DNA of 64,000 bases from the human T2T-CHM13v2.0 reference genome, Homo sapiens (GCF_009914755.1 NC_060926.1); one strand, 5' to 3'; shown: positions 14,521 to 27,309, numbered from the stretch's first letter. Program-made: numbers and translations. Notes: generated by a model not told the origin, from the letters alone.

Positions 14521-16029
14521 TATTTCACATTACACTTCTTTGATTACTAGTGAATTGAAAGAAATTTAGAAGCCAGGTTAGCAGTTATTGTTTCCAGCAA
14601 TAATGGGTACTACAATGTTTAACACGTACAAGCTTTCTGTATGTAATTTCCTTTAAGACCTCCCCTTGCTGCTGAACAGAAGGCCATGATGGATTCTGCA
14701 GCCCAATCTCTGCCATATGTTTGGTGCTTATTATTAAGCCCAACTACTGAGCAAAGAAAGACGTAATTAGCCTTTTTGGGAATTAATTTAAGCCTTCAGC
14801 AGTAAAAAAAAGGCCTAAAGTTGATTTATTTCCCAGAATTTATTTGTATTTGATGTCTTTTTAAGTCTAGGCAGACTAAATGACCAGGCATGGTTTCAGC
14901 CTTCTACAAAGGAGTTTCTTGAGTTCTAGGAGACAGTCAAAAATAATTGCCTTAGTGCCTTTGCACATCTCTAAGATACCAGTTGAAGACAAATGATTGA
15001 GTTATGTGAAAGGAGAGAACCACTCGGGCACTAACAGAGGCAGCACAAGTTGAATTTATCTTCAATTACCAGCAGGTGAGATGGAGGCACTGAGTTCTGA
15101 GTTGAGAGCTGTGGCTCAGCTGAGGGAATTTGGCCTTTGCTGCTAAGGTGAAAATTAGTAGGAGAAGGTGCTCTCTGTAATAAAGATGTTTGTTCCTTCA
15201 TGGGACTGACTTAATCAAGAAAGTTGCTTCTGTCAGTAATGATCCTAGGCCAGATTTAAATATGTGCTTCCAGAACAAATGCAAGTTGTCTGATTCTAAA
15301 GCCATTCTACACATTATTGTGCTCCCAAAGACTTTATTGTTATGCAATGATAGGAAAAGATTTTTACCCCCAGAGCACTTGGAAGCACATTGCAATTCCC
15401 AGCCTTACTCTCCACCCAAATTGTTGCCCAGATGATTTTGCTCATTTGGGCCGTTATTCATTGATGGCGCATTTGGAAACAAAATCCTGAGGTTGTCACG
15501 GGTCTGCACGTATTTACATAGTTCTCAAATGCCAAAATGATAAACACTGTGCAGATGTTCCATAGGACAGTAACCCAGTCTGCCTTTGGCAGTTTCACAC
15601 GAGAACGACTAACCACATCAGCTCTGGAAAGAGACACCACAGCATGAGCTCACTGACTTTTCTTTTCATGAAAAAGTCAGGGACCAAGATTAATTAAAAC
15701 CAGGAGCTTGTTACTTTTAAAGATAGCATAATGATAACCATTCTGAAATGTTCCTCATTCTTGCAACCCCAGCACTTTAGGGGAAGCCAGAAAGTGAGAA
15801 TATAAAAAATGCCTGATGGAAGTCTGTAGCCAGAGGCCATGCTTATTTGTATGCCCATGCAAATATTTATTGGGCAAATGTAGTTTGTATTGAATGAATA
15901 ATTTAATGAATATACAAATGAATGAATGATTAGGACAATTTTTTTAGTTCTGCATTGACCCAGTTTATGATGCAGCATGTTAGCTATGCTCCCATGCTCC
16001 CAACAGCAGTGCAAGCTCCCATGTATGGA

Positions 16030-16220
16030 GTATTTATTAGCTGCTCAGCCCTGGGTAGAAAGCTCCCCATGCATGGGGAAATACCTACCTCACAATGACA
16101 CTATGAAGTAGGTATTTCTTTTCTTTGGTGAAGACCGAAGCTTAGGGAGGAAGATGCAAAATGACAGGACCAGGATTCAAATGCAAGTCTGCTGGATTCC
16201 AAAGCCTAGGATTTTAACCT
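16030..16220 (-). mobile_element. MIR fragment
   Basis: CCTCACAATGACACTATGAAGTAGGTATT...CAGGATTCAAATGCAAGTCTG...CCAAAGCC. Confidence 0.6.
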
Positions 16221-16329
16221 GCATTTGAGATTGCTGCTTACTTCACAAGAGGTCACATTCAGTGAAAGGTCACCATTTTTTCATGATCTCAATTATAATT
16301 TTCCTGGCCAATGAATCTGATGATAATAG

Positions 16330-16495
16330 ATTTGGAAGACTTCTGAAAGATCAGCTGGCGCATGCTCCCTCATTTTGCAGGTGGGGAATCTGAGGTTCTG
16401 TCCCATGTCTGTGGTCATTCAGCTGACCCATGGAAATGAGATGCAAGCCAGGCACACGTCAGCTAACATTTGATCCAGTACTTTCCCCACCTCAT
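16330..16495 (-). mobile_element. MIR3/MIR fragment
   Basis: CCCTCATTTTGCAGGTGGGGAATCTGAGG...GGTCATTCAGCT. Confidence 0.55.
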
Positions 16496-16899
16496 CATGC
16501 TGGAGATACAGTGAAAGTAGGAATCATATAACCTAAAGTAATGAATTTGGATAGTTTCATTGTTTCTAAAGATCACTTAAACTGACACCATGGTAGAATG
16601 ATCCTTGCATACGTAACTCCCACAGTAAAAATAAACATTAAGAGGACAGATGTATGAGAAGTACTTTCACTGGAAAATATCATTAAAATGGTGAGAACAT
16701 GATGAACTTGCCAATCTTGCAATATCTTCAGCAAATACTTGAATATGGCCTTTAAAAAATTGATGTGTGTGCTGTCTCTAGGTCCTTGAAAAGTGGGAGA
16801 AACTGAAGATATGTCACTGGTTAAGGCTAAAAGCAGGAGTGAAGTTAAACATGGATAGTATCAGTCACCAATTCTTGCTCACTTATCACTCTGAACTAT

Positions 16900-17210
16900 T
16901 GAAATGAATCTTTTTTTCCCTCCATTCCTTCCCGCCCTACCTCCACTATTCCAACTGAAGCCTTCAATGCCCTTCAGTGGGACCAATGCTACTACTTCCC
17001 CATCAAACTCCTTCCCTCTAGTCCTGTTTCTCATGGTTTCTCCTCCCAAATTACCACCACAGTGATTTGTCTAAAACTCAGCCTCATCATGTTTACTCCT
17101 CCACTGAAGACCACTGCTGGCTCCCCACTAGTCAAAGCTCTTTGGTACTGCTCCCCCCAACCTTATTTCTTTCCTCTCCTCCCTCTTGCCTTACGTTCCA
17201 GTAACACTTA
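16900..17210 (+). mobile_element. L2 fragment
   Basis: Pyrimidine-rich L2 3' ORF2 motifs (CACAGTGATTTGTCTAAAAC...CATGTTTACTCC...TGGCTCCCCA). Confidence 0.6.
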
Positions 17211-17644
17211 TTGTCCTTAAGGACTGTCACCTAGAAATGGCCATGCATAAAATTCTTGGGCAGTTTACCCCCTGCACCCCAAAGTTACAAATTACATGAG
17301 AAGATTGGACAGGACCTCCAGGTCTCCTGCCAGCTTCTGATTGTGTGACTAATAGAATCCAAACCTTACAGCCACTAAGATGCTTCAAACTCTCAAATCC
17401 CATAAGCTTATGGAAGAGGCATGCAGCTTTAAGAAAAGCTAAGAAGGAATTTTTCAAGGAGGATTAAAAAAGACTTAGTAAATACTCCCCACCTTTAATG
17501 CTAAGCCAAATTCATTGTCTGTCTGCTCATGAATCTGCCCACTATATGAGCAAAATGGTGAATAACCCACGGGCAAGTGCTTGCGGAAACAATGTAGAAA
17601 CTGTGGTGGTTATTAGGTTTACCTGTGTAGAAAGCTCTCCTACC

Positions 17645-17700
17645 TAGAGTTGCCAGGTTAAATTACGATGTATTTTTATTTATTAAGTCTGGCAACCCTA
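17645..17700 (-). mobile_element. Internally deleted MER53 hAT MITE (terminal arms only)
   Basis: TAGAGTTGCCAG...CTGGCAACCCTA TIRs and TGTATTTTTATTT subterminal sequence; 56 bp. Confidence 0.75.
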
Positions 17701-17749
17701 TTCCTCATCTACTTCCTTTTTTTTTTTTTTTTTTTTGGCTAACAGATAC

Positions 17750-18153
17750 CATCTCCCTGGCCACAGGACTAAATATGTGACCAATTCTCATTCTAATAGA
17801 GACTGGTCCACATCATACAACCCAACCAGGGCCAGAGTCATTTCTTGGGGTGGAAATATGCCCTTTGGGCTGTGGTTTCTAACATGAGGTTTGTGGCAGC
17901 CACACTCTTTGTTATAAAATCCTGAGACCAAAAAAGCAAAGAGAAGCTGAGATAGCAGTGAACAAAATAGACAGTTCTCTGTAGCTTTGAGTCCCCAGTT
18001 AGAGTTTCTGAGATCCTGGTTCCTGAAGCTTTTCCTCTAGTGCAGTGTGCACCCCTTGACAGTTATAGGAACTGGTAAATTCTTTTTGCCCCATTAATCT
18101 AATCTGACTTAGATTTCTGTTACTTGATCCTGAAAGAGCTCCTGACTCATATA
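17750..18153 (+). mobile_element. ERVL solo LTR (LTR33/LTR16-like)
   Basis: 3' end TTTCTGTTACTTGATCCTGAAAGAGCTCCTGACTCATATA resembles ERVL LTR termini. Confidence 0.55.
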
Positions 18154-18689
18154 GAGGGAATTCTGGTTCCAGGCTTTATCTTTTTCTTAAGTAACATGGT
18201 GGATTAGGGAGAGTACACAGGAGACAGTGGCTTGATGTTGTGAGCACAGTCTACCCCTACTATCCACTGGCAGATTTAAAAGTCATTTATGGCAAACATT
18301 GAATCCCAGCCTTCTTTTTCTCTGTTTTTGGATTGTCTTCTTTCCAGTTCCTTAGATCATACAATCAAAGGCCTTCATTTTACAGATGAAAAATCATAAA
18401 CAAGAAGTTAAACAACTTGTCTTAGCTCATATGGCTAAAACCCAGGTTTTGAATCAATTATTATTGAGGTTATGAAAATTAATTTAATATGCTCTTAAAA
18501 TAATAAAAAATGAGAAAGACAACTTTTTGCCTAAAAATCAAATGTGGTCAATAGGGAAATGTAAATGCTTATATTGCTTTTATGATTATTGATTGTAGCA
18601 AATCACAGAGTGGAAGGATTGATTGTCTCTTAGTCATTCTCTTGGCAGTTATGTCTGTGATCATCTGATTTCTTCTGCTACCAGACCCT

Positions 18690-19180
18690 GCTTCTTGGTG
18701 ACTGGGCTGACAACATGACCCAGCTTGGTCAGTCATAGAAACTCTATCTTCCTGACCACAGAGATCAGTCCAGAAATGGGTGGGTCATTGCCTCAGAATG
18801 AACCAATGACTAAAGGGCAGTATAAGTACTCTCCTTTCCTGAGATTTTCTTTTTATTAGATGAGATGGGGAACATGTTTTCCTCCCTAGTAACTAAACTG
18901 GGAGGATGTGCACCTGGAATGCTCTGAGCCCATTTCTCTTACCATATGAGAGAAAGAAAATTTGTCTTCAGTTGGAGGAAAAAAAAACATAAAAAGAGAA
19001 GCAGAAACAAGTGAAAGACTTGGTCTTTATGACTTTCACATCCCCAAATCCACCTATTTCCAAGCATAGATTCATCTCTCCCCTTTTGCCCTGTATGGGA
19101 ACTAAAAAAATTCTTGTTTTACCAAAGTTATTTTGGTGCAGGTTTCTGACACTTAAAACTAAAAGAATAGTCTGATTTTA
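18690..19180 (+). mobile_element. ERVL solo LTR (LTR33-like)
   Basis: CATGACCCAGCTTGGTCAGTCA...GGAGGATGTGCACCTGGA...TTTCTGACACTTAAAACTAAAAGA. Confidence 0.55.
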
Positions 19181-19374
19181 TTTGTGACACTACTTTTCTT
19201 TGTTGGCACAGATCATTGAAATTTGCCTGCTTATACTTGTCTAAGTTAATAACAATCTGGTAAAAGCTGACAGAAAATCTAAATTCAATTTGCATTTAGG
19301 GAGAAAATTATATCAACCTCACATAGTATCCAAAAATAAATTTTGACTACAGACTTTAATGTAAAAAAAAGTCT

Positions 19375-22300
19375 TTAATTCCATTTACAATGGCTACAAA
19401 AAACAATAAGATACTTAAGAATAAATTTAACCAAGGAGGTAAAAGCCTTGGATACCGAATAAAAATTGATGAAAGAAATTGAAGAAGATGTAAACAAATG
19501 GAAAGATATCCTGTGTTCATGGATTAGAAGAATAAATATTGTTAAAACATCCACACTACCCAAAGCAAGCTACAGATCCAATGCAATCCCTATCAAAATT
19601 CCAATGTCATTTTTCACAGAAATAGAAAAAGCAATTCCAAAATTCTTATGAAACTACAAAAACCCATGAATCGCCAAGGCAATCATAAGCAAGAAGAATA
19701 AGCTGAAGGTATCACACTACCATATTTTAAACTAGACTACAAAGCTATAGTAAATAAAGTAATATGGTACTGGCATAAAATAAACACATTGACTAATGGA
19801 ACAGAATAGAGATCCCAGAAATGAACCCATGCATGTATGTCAATTGATTTTCTAAAAAAATTTTCATATGCCTACACACGCTGAAATCAATTGATTTTTG
19901 ACAAAGGTGCCATGAATACACAATAGGAAAGGATAGTCTTTTCCATAAGTGGTGTTGAAAAAACTGGATATCCACATGCAGAAAAATGAAATTGGACCCT
20001 TGCCTCACACTATATACAAAAATCAACTCAAAATGAATTGCCTTGCACTTAAGACTAGAAACTATAAAACAAATAGGAGAAAATATAGGGGGAAAATGTC
20101 TCAATATTGGTCTGGTCAATGATTTTTTGGATTTCACCTTAAAAGTACAGGCAGCAAAAGCCAAAAATAGATATATGAGATTTCATCAAACTAAGAAGCT
20201 TCTACACAGCAAAGCAAATAATTAACAGTGTGACGCAACAACCTATGGTTAGGAGAAAATATTTGCAAGCCACACATCTGATAAGGGGTTAATATCCAAA
20301 ATATATAAGGAACTCAGAGACAACTCAACAGCAAGAAAACAAAAACCCAATTAAGAAATGGGCAAGGAAGCTGTGCATTAGTTTGTTTTCACACTGTTAC
20401 GAAGAACTACCTGAGAGTGGGTATTTTATAAAGAGGTTTAATTGACTTACAATTCCACAGGCTTAACAGGAAGCATGACTGGGAGGCCTCAGGAAACTTA
20501 CAATCATGGCAGAAGGTGAAGGGGAAGCAAGCATATCTTACCATGGCAGAGCAGGAAAGAGAGACAGATCGAAGGGGGGAGTGCCACACACTGCCAAACA
20601 ACCAGATCTCAAGAGAATTCACTCACTATCATGAGAACAGCAAAAGGGAAGTCCACCCCCATGATTCAGTCACCTTCCACCAGGCCCCTCCCACAATATA
20701 TGTGGATTACAATTTGCGATGAGATTTGGGTGGAGACACAGGGCTAAACTATATTATTCTGCCCCATCCCCTCCCAAATCTCAAGTTCTTCCCACATTTC
20801 AAAATGAATCATGCCTTCCCAACAGTCCCCAGACAGTCTCCCAAAGTCTTAACTCATTCCAGCATTAACTCAAAAGTCCACAGTTTAAAGTCTCATCTGA
20901 GATAAGGTAAGCCCCTTCTGCCTATGAGCCTGTAAAACAAAAAACAAGTTAGTTACAAGATACAATGGGGGTACAGGCATTGGGTAAATGCTCCCATTCC
21001 AAAAGGGATAAATTTGCCAAAACAAAAAAGCTACAGGCCCCATGCAAGTCCAAAGCCCAGCAGGGCAGTCATTAAATCTTAAAGCTTCAAAATAATCTCC
21101 CTTGACTCCACTGTCTCACATCCAGGGCATGCTGATGCAAGGGGTGGCTCCCATGGCCTTGGGCAGCTCTGCCCCTGTGGCTCTGCAGGGTACAGCCCCT
21201 GCAACTGCCTTCATAGGCTAGTGTTGAGTGCCTGTGGCTGTAGATGTATCTACTATTCTGGGGTTTGGAGGATGGTGGCCCTCTTCTCACAGTTCCACTA
21301 GACAGTGCCCCAGTGGGGACTCTGTGTGGGAGCTCCAAAATCACATTTCCCCATCCACACTGCCCTAGTAGGGGGTTCTCCATGAGGGCTCCAGAAGACT
21401 TCTGCCTGGACATCCAGGCATTTTCATACATCCTCTGAAATCTAGGTAGAGGTTCCAAAACCTCAATTCTTGCCTTCTAAACATCCACAGACCCAACATC
21501 ATGTGAAAGCCACCAAGGCTTGGGGCTTGCACCCTCTGAAGCCATGGCTTGAGCTGTACCTTGGCCCCTTTTAGCTGTGGCTGGAGCTGGAGTGGCTGGT
21601 ATGCAGGGTGCCATATCCCAAATCTGCACAAAGCAGTAAGGCCCTGGGCCACCATTTTTCCCTTCTAGGCCTTCAGGCCTGTGATGAGAGGGGTTGCCTT
21701 GAAGATCTCTGAAATGCCCTGGAGACATTTTCCCCATTGTCTTGGCTATTAACATTCACTTCCTTGTTACTTATGCAAATTTCTGCAGCTGGCTTGAATT
21801 TCTTCCCAGAAATTGGGTTTTTCTTACTGCATGGTCAGGCTGCAAATTTTCAAAACTTTGAAGCTTTGTTTTTCTTTTAAATGTAAGTTCCAACTTCAGA
21901 CCATCTCTTTGTGAACATATAGGACTGTATGTTGTTAGCAGCAGCCAGGCTATTTCTTGAATGCTTTGCTGCTTACAACTTCTTTCTGCCAGACACCCTA
22001 AATCATCTCTCTGAAGTTCAAAGTTCCACAGATCTCTAGGGCAGGGGCAAAATGCCACCAGTCTCTTTGCTAAAGCATAGCAAGAGTGACCTTTACTCCA
22101 GTTCCCAATAAGTTCCTCATTTCTATCTGAGACCACCTCAGCCTGGACTTCATTATCCATATCACTATCAGCATATTGGTCAAAAACATTTAACAACTTT
22201 CTATATGGTTCCAAACTTTCCCACATCTTCTTGTCTTCTAAGCCCTGCAAACTGTTCCAACCTCTGCCCATTACCCAGTTCTAAAGTTGCTTCCAGATTT

Positions 22301-23715
22301 TCAGGTATCTTTTTAGCAGTGCTCCACTCCCAGTACCAATTTTCTGTATTAGTTCGTTTCACACTGCTATAAAGAACTACCTGAGGTTGGGTAGTTTATG
22401 AAGAAAAGAGGTTTAATTGACTCACAGTTCTGCAGGCTTAACAGGAAGCATAACTGCGAGGCCTCAGGAAACTTACAATCATGGTGGAAGGCAAGAAGGA
22501 AGCAAGCACATCTTACTTTGGCAGAGCAAGAGAGAGAGGCAGAGAGCCAAGGGAGAAGTGCCACACACTTTCAAACAACCAGATCTCATGAGAACTCACT
22601 CACTATCACAAGAACAGCAAGGGTAAGTCTGAGTTATGATTCAATCATCTCCCACCAGGCCCCTCCCTCAACATGTAGGGATTACAATTCAAGAATTTAC
22701 AATTCAAATTTGTGTGGGGACACAGAGCCAGATCATATCAGGCGGAACAAATATTTTTCAAAAGAAGACCTAGAAATGGCCAAACAGATAGATGAAAAAA
22801 ATTTCAATATCACTAATCATTAGGGAAATGCAAATTAAAATCACAATGAGATTTTATTTCAATCCTGCCAGAAGGGCTATTATCAAAAAGATGAAAGATA
22901 CGTGTTCATAAGGATGTGGAGAAAAGGGAACCTTTGTACACTGTTGATAAGAATATAAATTAGTACAGCCATTATGGAAAACAATATGGAGGTTTCTCAA
23001 AAAGCAAAAAGTAGAATTACCATATAATCCAGCAATCCCACTTCTGGGTATTTCCCCCAAAGATCTGAAATCAGTTTAAAATCAATCTGCACCTCCATGT
23101 CCATTGCAGCACTATTTACAATAGCCAAGTTATGGAATCAACTTGTGTTCATCAACAGATGCATAGAGAAAGAAAATACAGTGCATATACATACAATGGA
23201 ATACTATTCAGCCTTAACAAAAGAAAGGAATTCTGTCATTTGTGACAACATGGGTGGAACTGGGGAACATTATGCTAAGTGAAATAAGCCAGGCAGAAAG
23301 ACAAATACTGCATGTTTTCACATATAAGTGGAATCTAAAACAAACTCATAGAAGCAGAGTAGAATAGTGGTTGCCAGGGCTGGGGGCTAGGGGGATTGGA
23401 GAGATGCTGGTCAAAGGGTATAAAGTCTCAGACAGGAAGAATAAGTGGCGTAGGTTTTTTTTTTTTTTTTGAGATCTATTGCATGGCTTGGTGAATATAG
23501 TTAATAGTATACTCTACATTTCAAAATTTCTAAGAGAGTAAATATCAAATGTTCTCATTAAAAATGGTAAGTATTTCAGGTGATGGATATGTGAATTAGC
23601 TTTACTTAATTATTCCTCATTATATCAATAAATCATAATATTGCTTTGTTTCCCATAAATATATAGAATCATAAATTATCAATTTACAATAAACTAAAAA
23701 TAAAGTTTAAAAATT
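19375..23715 (+). mobile_element. L1MA (about L1MA6/7) 3' half, interrupted by an MSTA provirus
   Basis: ORF2 C-terminal peptide [25 protein letters not shown]; L1MA-type 3'UTR and A-rich tail at about 23690-23715. Confidence 0.9.
20374..22740 (-). mobile_element. Complete MaLR provirus (MSTA-like): 3'LTR 20374-20756, internal 20757-22344, 5'LTR 22345-22740
   Basis: Two homologous LTRs of about 390 bp; MaLR internal ORF remnant (DSDMDNEVQAEVVSD...WSKGHSCYALAKRLVAFCPCPRDLWNFEL); degenerate 5-bp TSD AGCTG/GGCGG. Confidence 0.93.
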
Positions 23716-24080
23716 AGGTGACAGGTACCATACTAAATAATTATATTAAAGAAACTTAGAATATACAGTAAGTTTTAGAAGATAATCTTAGGGTAGGAAA
23801 GGCCTTCATAAGTAAATCTAAAACCCAGAAACCATAAAGAAAAATATCAACAGATTTGACTGGGAAAATACTTAAAGCTGTTGGAATATAAAAGTCGCTA
23901 TTAACAAAATTAAAGGACAAGTGACAGAATGGAAGAATGTGTTCGTAAAATACATAATTCATAATGGATTAATATCCATAAAGTAAAAAAGTTCCTACAA
24001 GCCAACAAGTGAATATAACTCCATAGAAAACAGACAATATTTATAAATAGGTAGTTTCAAGAAGAAAAAAGAAATGACTG
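23716..24080 (+). mobile_element. Older L1ME-like ORF2 fragment (continues 19300-19372)
   Basis: ATAATCTTAGGGTAGGAAAGGCCTT...AAACCCAGAAACCATAAAGAAAAA. Confidence 0.6.
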
Positions 24081-24139
24081 ATTTTAATCTATCAGTGCAA
24101 GGAACACAAGCAGGTTTAAAAAGCATTCCTTTGAGAAAT

Positions 24140-24450
24140 GCAGCCTTTTCCTGCAATACCCTTCCCTCCTTTGTTGCCTGAAGCACTCATATCTACTTCT
24201 CCATCTCAGGCCGAAGAATAATCCAAGAGGTCTCCTTTGTGTGGCCAAGATACCTTACACGCGCATCACTTATGGCACCTTAGTTCATTGTCTTCAGTGT
24301 TTGCTTACAGGTTTGCTTTCCCTCACTAACCAAGGGCTGGGTCGTCCACTTTGTCTCAGTGACCAAAACTTATCTCTTTAAATTCGTATATTTTGTCTAA
24401 AATGTGTCTGTAGAATAGATACATTTCAATAAATGGTAAATGAATAACAC
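24140..24450 (+). mobile_element. L2 3' fragment
   Basis: CTGCAATACCCTTCCCTCC...TCAATAAATGGTAAATGAATAA terminus. Confidence 0.55.
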
Positions 24451-24819
24451 ATAAATGTTGGATTTCCATGGGCACTGTAGGAATCAATACATAGATTCTA
24501 TAGCAAAGTGCCCAACTTTCTATTTCATTTGGGCTGCAGACACTGATACGTACAATCTTACTCATGTGAGAGAGGGGGAAAAGTAAGAGTGAACATTCTG
24601 TATTTAGTCAATTCTAATATACTACTTTTTGGTGTCATTGCTGTGCATATGTAAACTGTATTATTATTATTAAAGGTGTGACAAACAAAGGTAGTTCCTT
24701 GATGTTTCAATGAATGAATGATTCAATGATCATTTGAGAATAGAACTATCTTACCCTGATGTCAAATGGAAACCTTATCTCCTTATCATTTGATAAGATT
24801 TGGGAAGCATCAGCATGAA

Positions 24820-25228
24820 AACTTGCAGAAAGTGTGCCAGTGGCTTAAAAGATGATCCCGCATTACCAGCATTCTTGATGCCGAGAGAATGGTGTGTGGA
24901 AAAACACAGCCATCAGCAATTATGAGTCAAAAAGCGACTAAGGGAGTCAGACTTTGAATGTAAAGAAGTTTTGAAATATATTAACCCATTTTTACTTGCA
25001 TTTTTATACATGCATAAGAGTGCTATATAATAAAAATCTATGTTTCCATCTGAACAAGCTTCTCAATGAATATAAAAATAAAAATTCTAGTTAATGAGAA
25101 AGCAAAAGTCTTACATCATAGTTGCATAGTTGAACTGGCAGTAGTTTGTTTTATCTTTTTTTTTCCATGGCGGTATATTCAATAATGGTGCATTTGCAAT
25201 CACTGGCAGATTTCATGAAAATATGGTA
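24820..25228. mobile_element. Ancient TcMar-Tigger fragment (Tigger13a-like)
   Basis: Terminus AATAATGGTGCATTTGCAATCACTGGCAGATTTCATGAAAATATGGTA resembles a Tigger12/13 TIR. Confidence 0.5.
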
Positions 25229-25440
25229 ACAGTAACACCTAACACATATTAAGCCTTATTTTTTTTCTGAGGCATTATACAAAGCACTTTACATGCATTA
25301 TCTCATTTAATTGTTATAACAACTCTATAGGTAGACTATGATTATCCTCATTTACAGATAATGAAATAGAGACTTAGAGAAGTTAGTTACTGACAGAACC
25401 AGCATTTTTCAGTGAATCAGAGCCTGTGCTGTTAATCAAT
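25229..25440 (-). mobile_element. MIR
   Basis: AGCACTTTACATGCATTATCTCATTTAATT...TTTACAGATAATGAAATAGAGACTTAGAGAAGTTAG. Confidence 0.75.
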
Positions 25441-25996
25441 GTTTGAAGGAAGCAGCAACAGCAATTTCTTAGGACACATGCAGGGCAGTGGATTTGAGAA
25501 ACACTTTCTAGAATACACAATAATGTATTTTAGTGTCTATCCTGTTGAAATTATGATAAAGGCAAATTAAATAAGTGTGAGCATGTATCTCATGTCTATA
25601 AATAACAAATGTGAATGTCTATTATAAAAATTACATGTCAAATGTGGTAAATATTTGTTGTACAAGGGGAGATGTGTTTGCAAAGCTGTGTATGCACCAA
25701 CATATAAAGCTGTGACAAAGCCCTCGGATGTGACAGATCTTGTCAAGTCATGTCCCTGTGACAATGGCAAAGCATAGTTCTCCCCACTCTCTCTAGCACA
25801 GAGAGCCTAAACACAAGTTGCCATCTTGCATTTTGATGGTGGTTCTACTGTATTTAAAAATCTATACTCTACAGCACTAGCTCACGGAATCAACTTAGTA
25901 GTAAATAAGTAAACTTCGAAGAGCTGCCTAATAAGGAGTATTAAATCAAATTCAAAAAATGCTCCAAATGAGAATCAGCTACTGAACCTGTACGAA

Positions 25997-26030
25997 TATA
26001 AACCATCTGGAATGAATCAGCAATCTTAGC
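25997..26030 (+). promoter_or_regulatory. Candidate TATA-containing core promoter for the + strand spliced ORF
   Basis: TATAAA at 25997-26002, with GGAATG and TGAATCA just downstream, about 100 bp before the ATG; motif evidence only. Confidence 0.25.
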
Positions 26031-26101
26031 TAAAAGTGAATTAATTCTTAAGACTTCTTCTCTCCAACCCTCTAGCAGACAGTCTGTCTTAAGCCCTGAA
26101 A

Positions 26102-26158
26102 ATGGACTTGACCTTATTAGAAACCCATTTGGAAAGCTACAGAATATCCTCCCAGATG
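26102..26158 (+). CDS. Putative spliced 101-aa ORF, coding exon 1 (MDLTLLETHLESYRISSQM)
   Basis: AAAATGG Kozak context, in-frame upstream TAA at 26090-26092, donor ATG|GTAAGT, phase 0; upstream acceptor CTTCTTCTCTCCAACCCTCTAG at 26075. Confidence 0.55.
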
Positions 26159-27309
26159 GTAAGTCAATACAGAAATAAGTTTTAACACTTTTCATAGGTG
26201 TCAGGAAAAGCTGTTTGCTTAAACCCTTACTTACATAGTTTTCTATTTATGAACATCTTTGTCTCCTGTACTGATGTTAGAATGACAGCTTCATCTGAAC
26301 ATTAGTTAGCTTGGGGGTGCACACATGTCTATGTAAAGGTATCACCCATCATGTTTTAAAAGAATATGGCTTACTTGCTCTCATTTTAGCTGATCTGTAT
26401 TTCCTCCCAATACCACCTATTTTAGGGTGGAAATACAAGTTTGTAATTTTTTCTCTTCACATAATTTTGCTGCTGGTGGGCTGCCATTGTCAGTAGCTGC
26501 CATCCTCAATCTCTGAAGGTACAGTAAGATTAGTGGTTACAACCCAGAGGAGGGCTTTTAGTACTTTCTATATCAAATTCTGTCAATGCTTAACCATTTG
26601 TGTCACCAAGAGACAGATATTTATTGTTCCTGCCATTCAGGAAGAAATGTTAAGATCTTGGCCGTGAGCCTTTGGAAACAACAGCCAGTGGGGTTTTGCT
26701 TCAGAGGGCACCGGGGGAAATTGCTTGGTGAGCTTCCCTGGTGCATTTGAACTTTGCCAACAGTAAACTGGAGGTGGGGTTTCTGTTTCCTGGCATATGT
26801 TCCTATTCCTTTTTAGTTTAGTTTTATTTTATTTATTTATTTTTGAGGCAAGGGAAGAGGGAGGATATTCTGCTCTCTTGTTCCTATCAGGAAGGAATTT
26901 TTCTCACCTCTTCTTTGTAAATACAAATCTGGGCTAGTTACTATGGTGTCAGACAGCCAGAGAATTTAATCTATAACAGGTTTAGCAATAATCCTATTAA
27001 ATGGTCTTCTGTGTTCTTTGAAATTTCGATTAGCGAGGGAAGTGCCCATGTTGAAAGCCATACGGTCTTGCATGAAAGGAATTATGCTCCTAGCTGCAGT
27101 TGGCCCATAGGATCATGGTATTTTTTTTTTTTTGAGCCCTATCCCATGATGATTTCTCCTCACCTACCAGTCCTCCCTATTTGAGAGTTTTTAAAACTTT
27201 GCAAAAAGTGAAAATGCTTTGTGGTTAACTGTGAGGGTAAATCAATTAGTTCTGGATCAGAGTAAAAAGACAATTATCTCGTTGGTTTTCTGTGTAGCAA
27301 ACACTTCAT

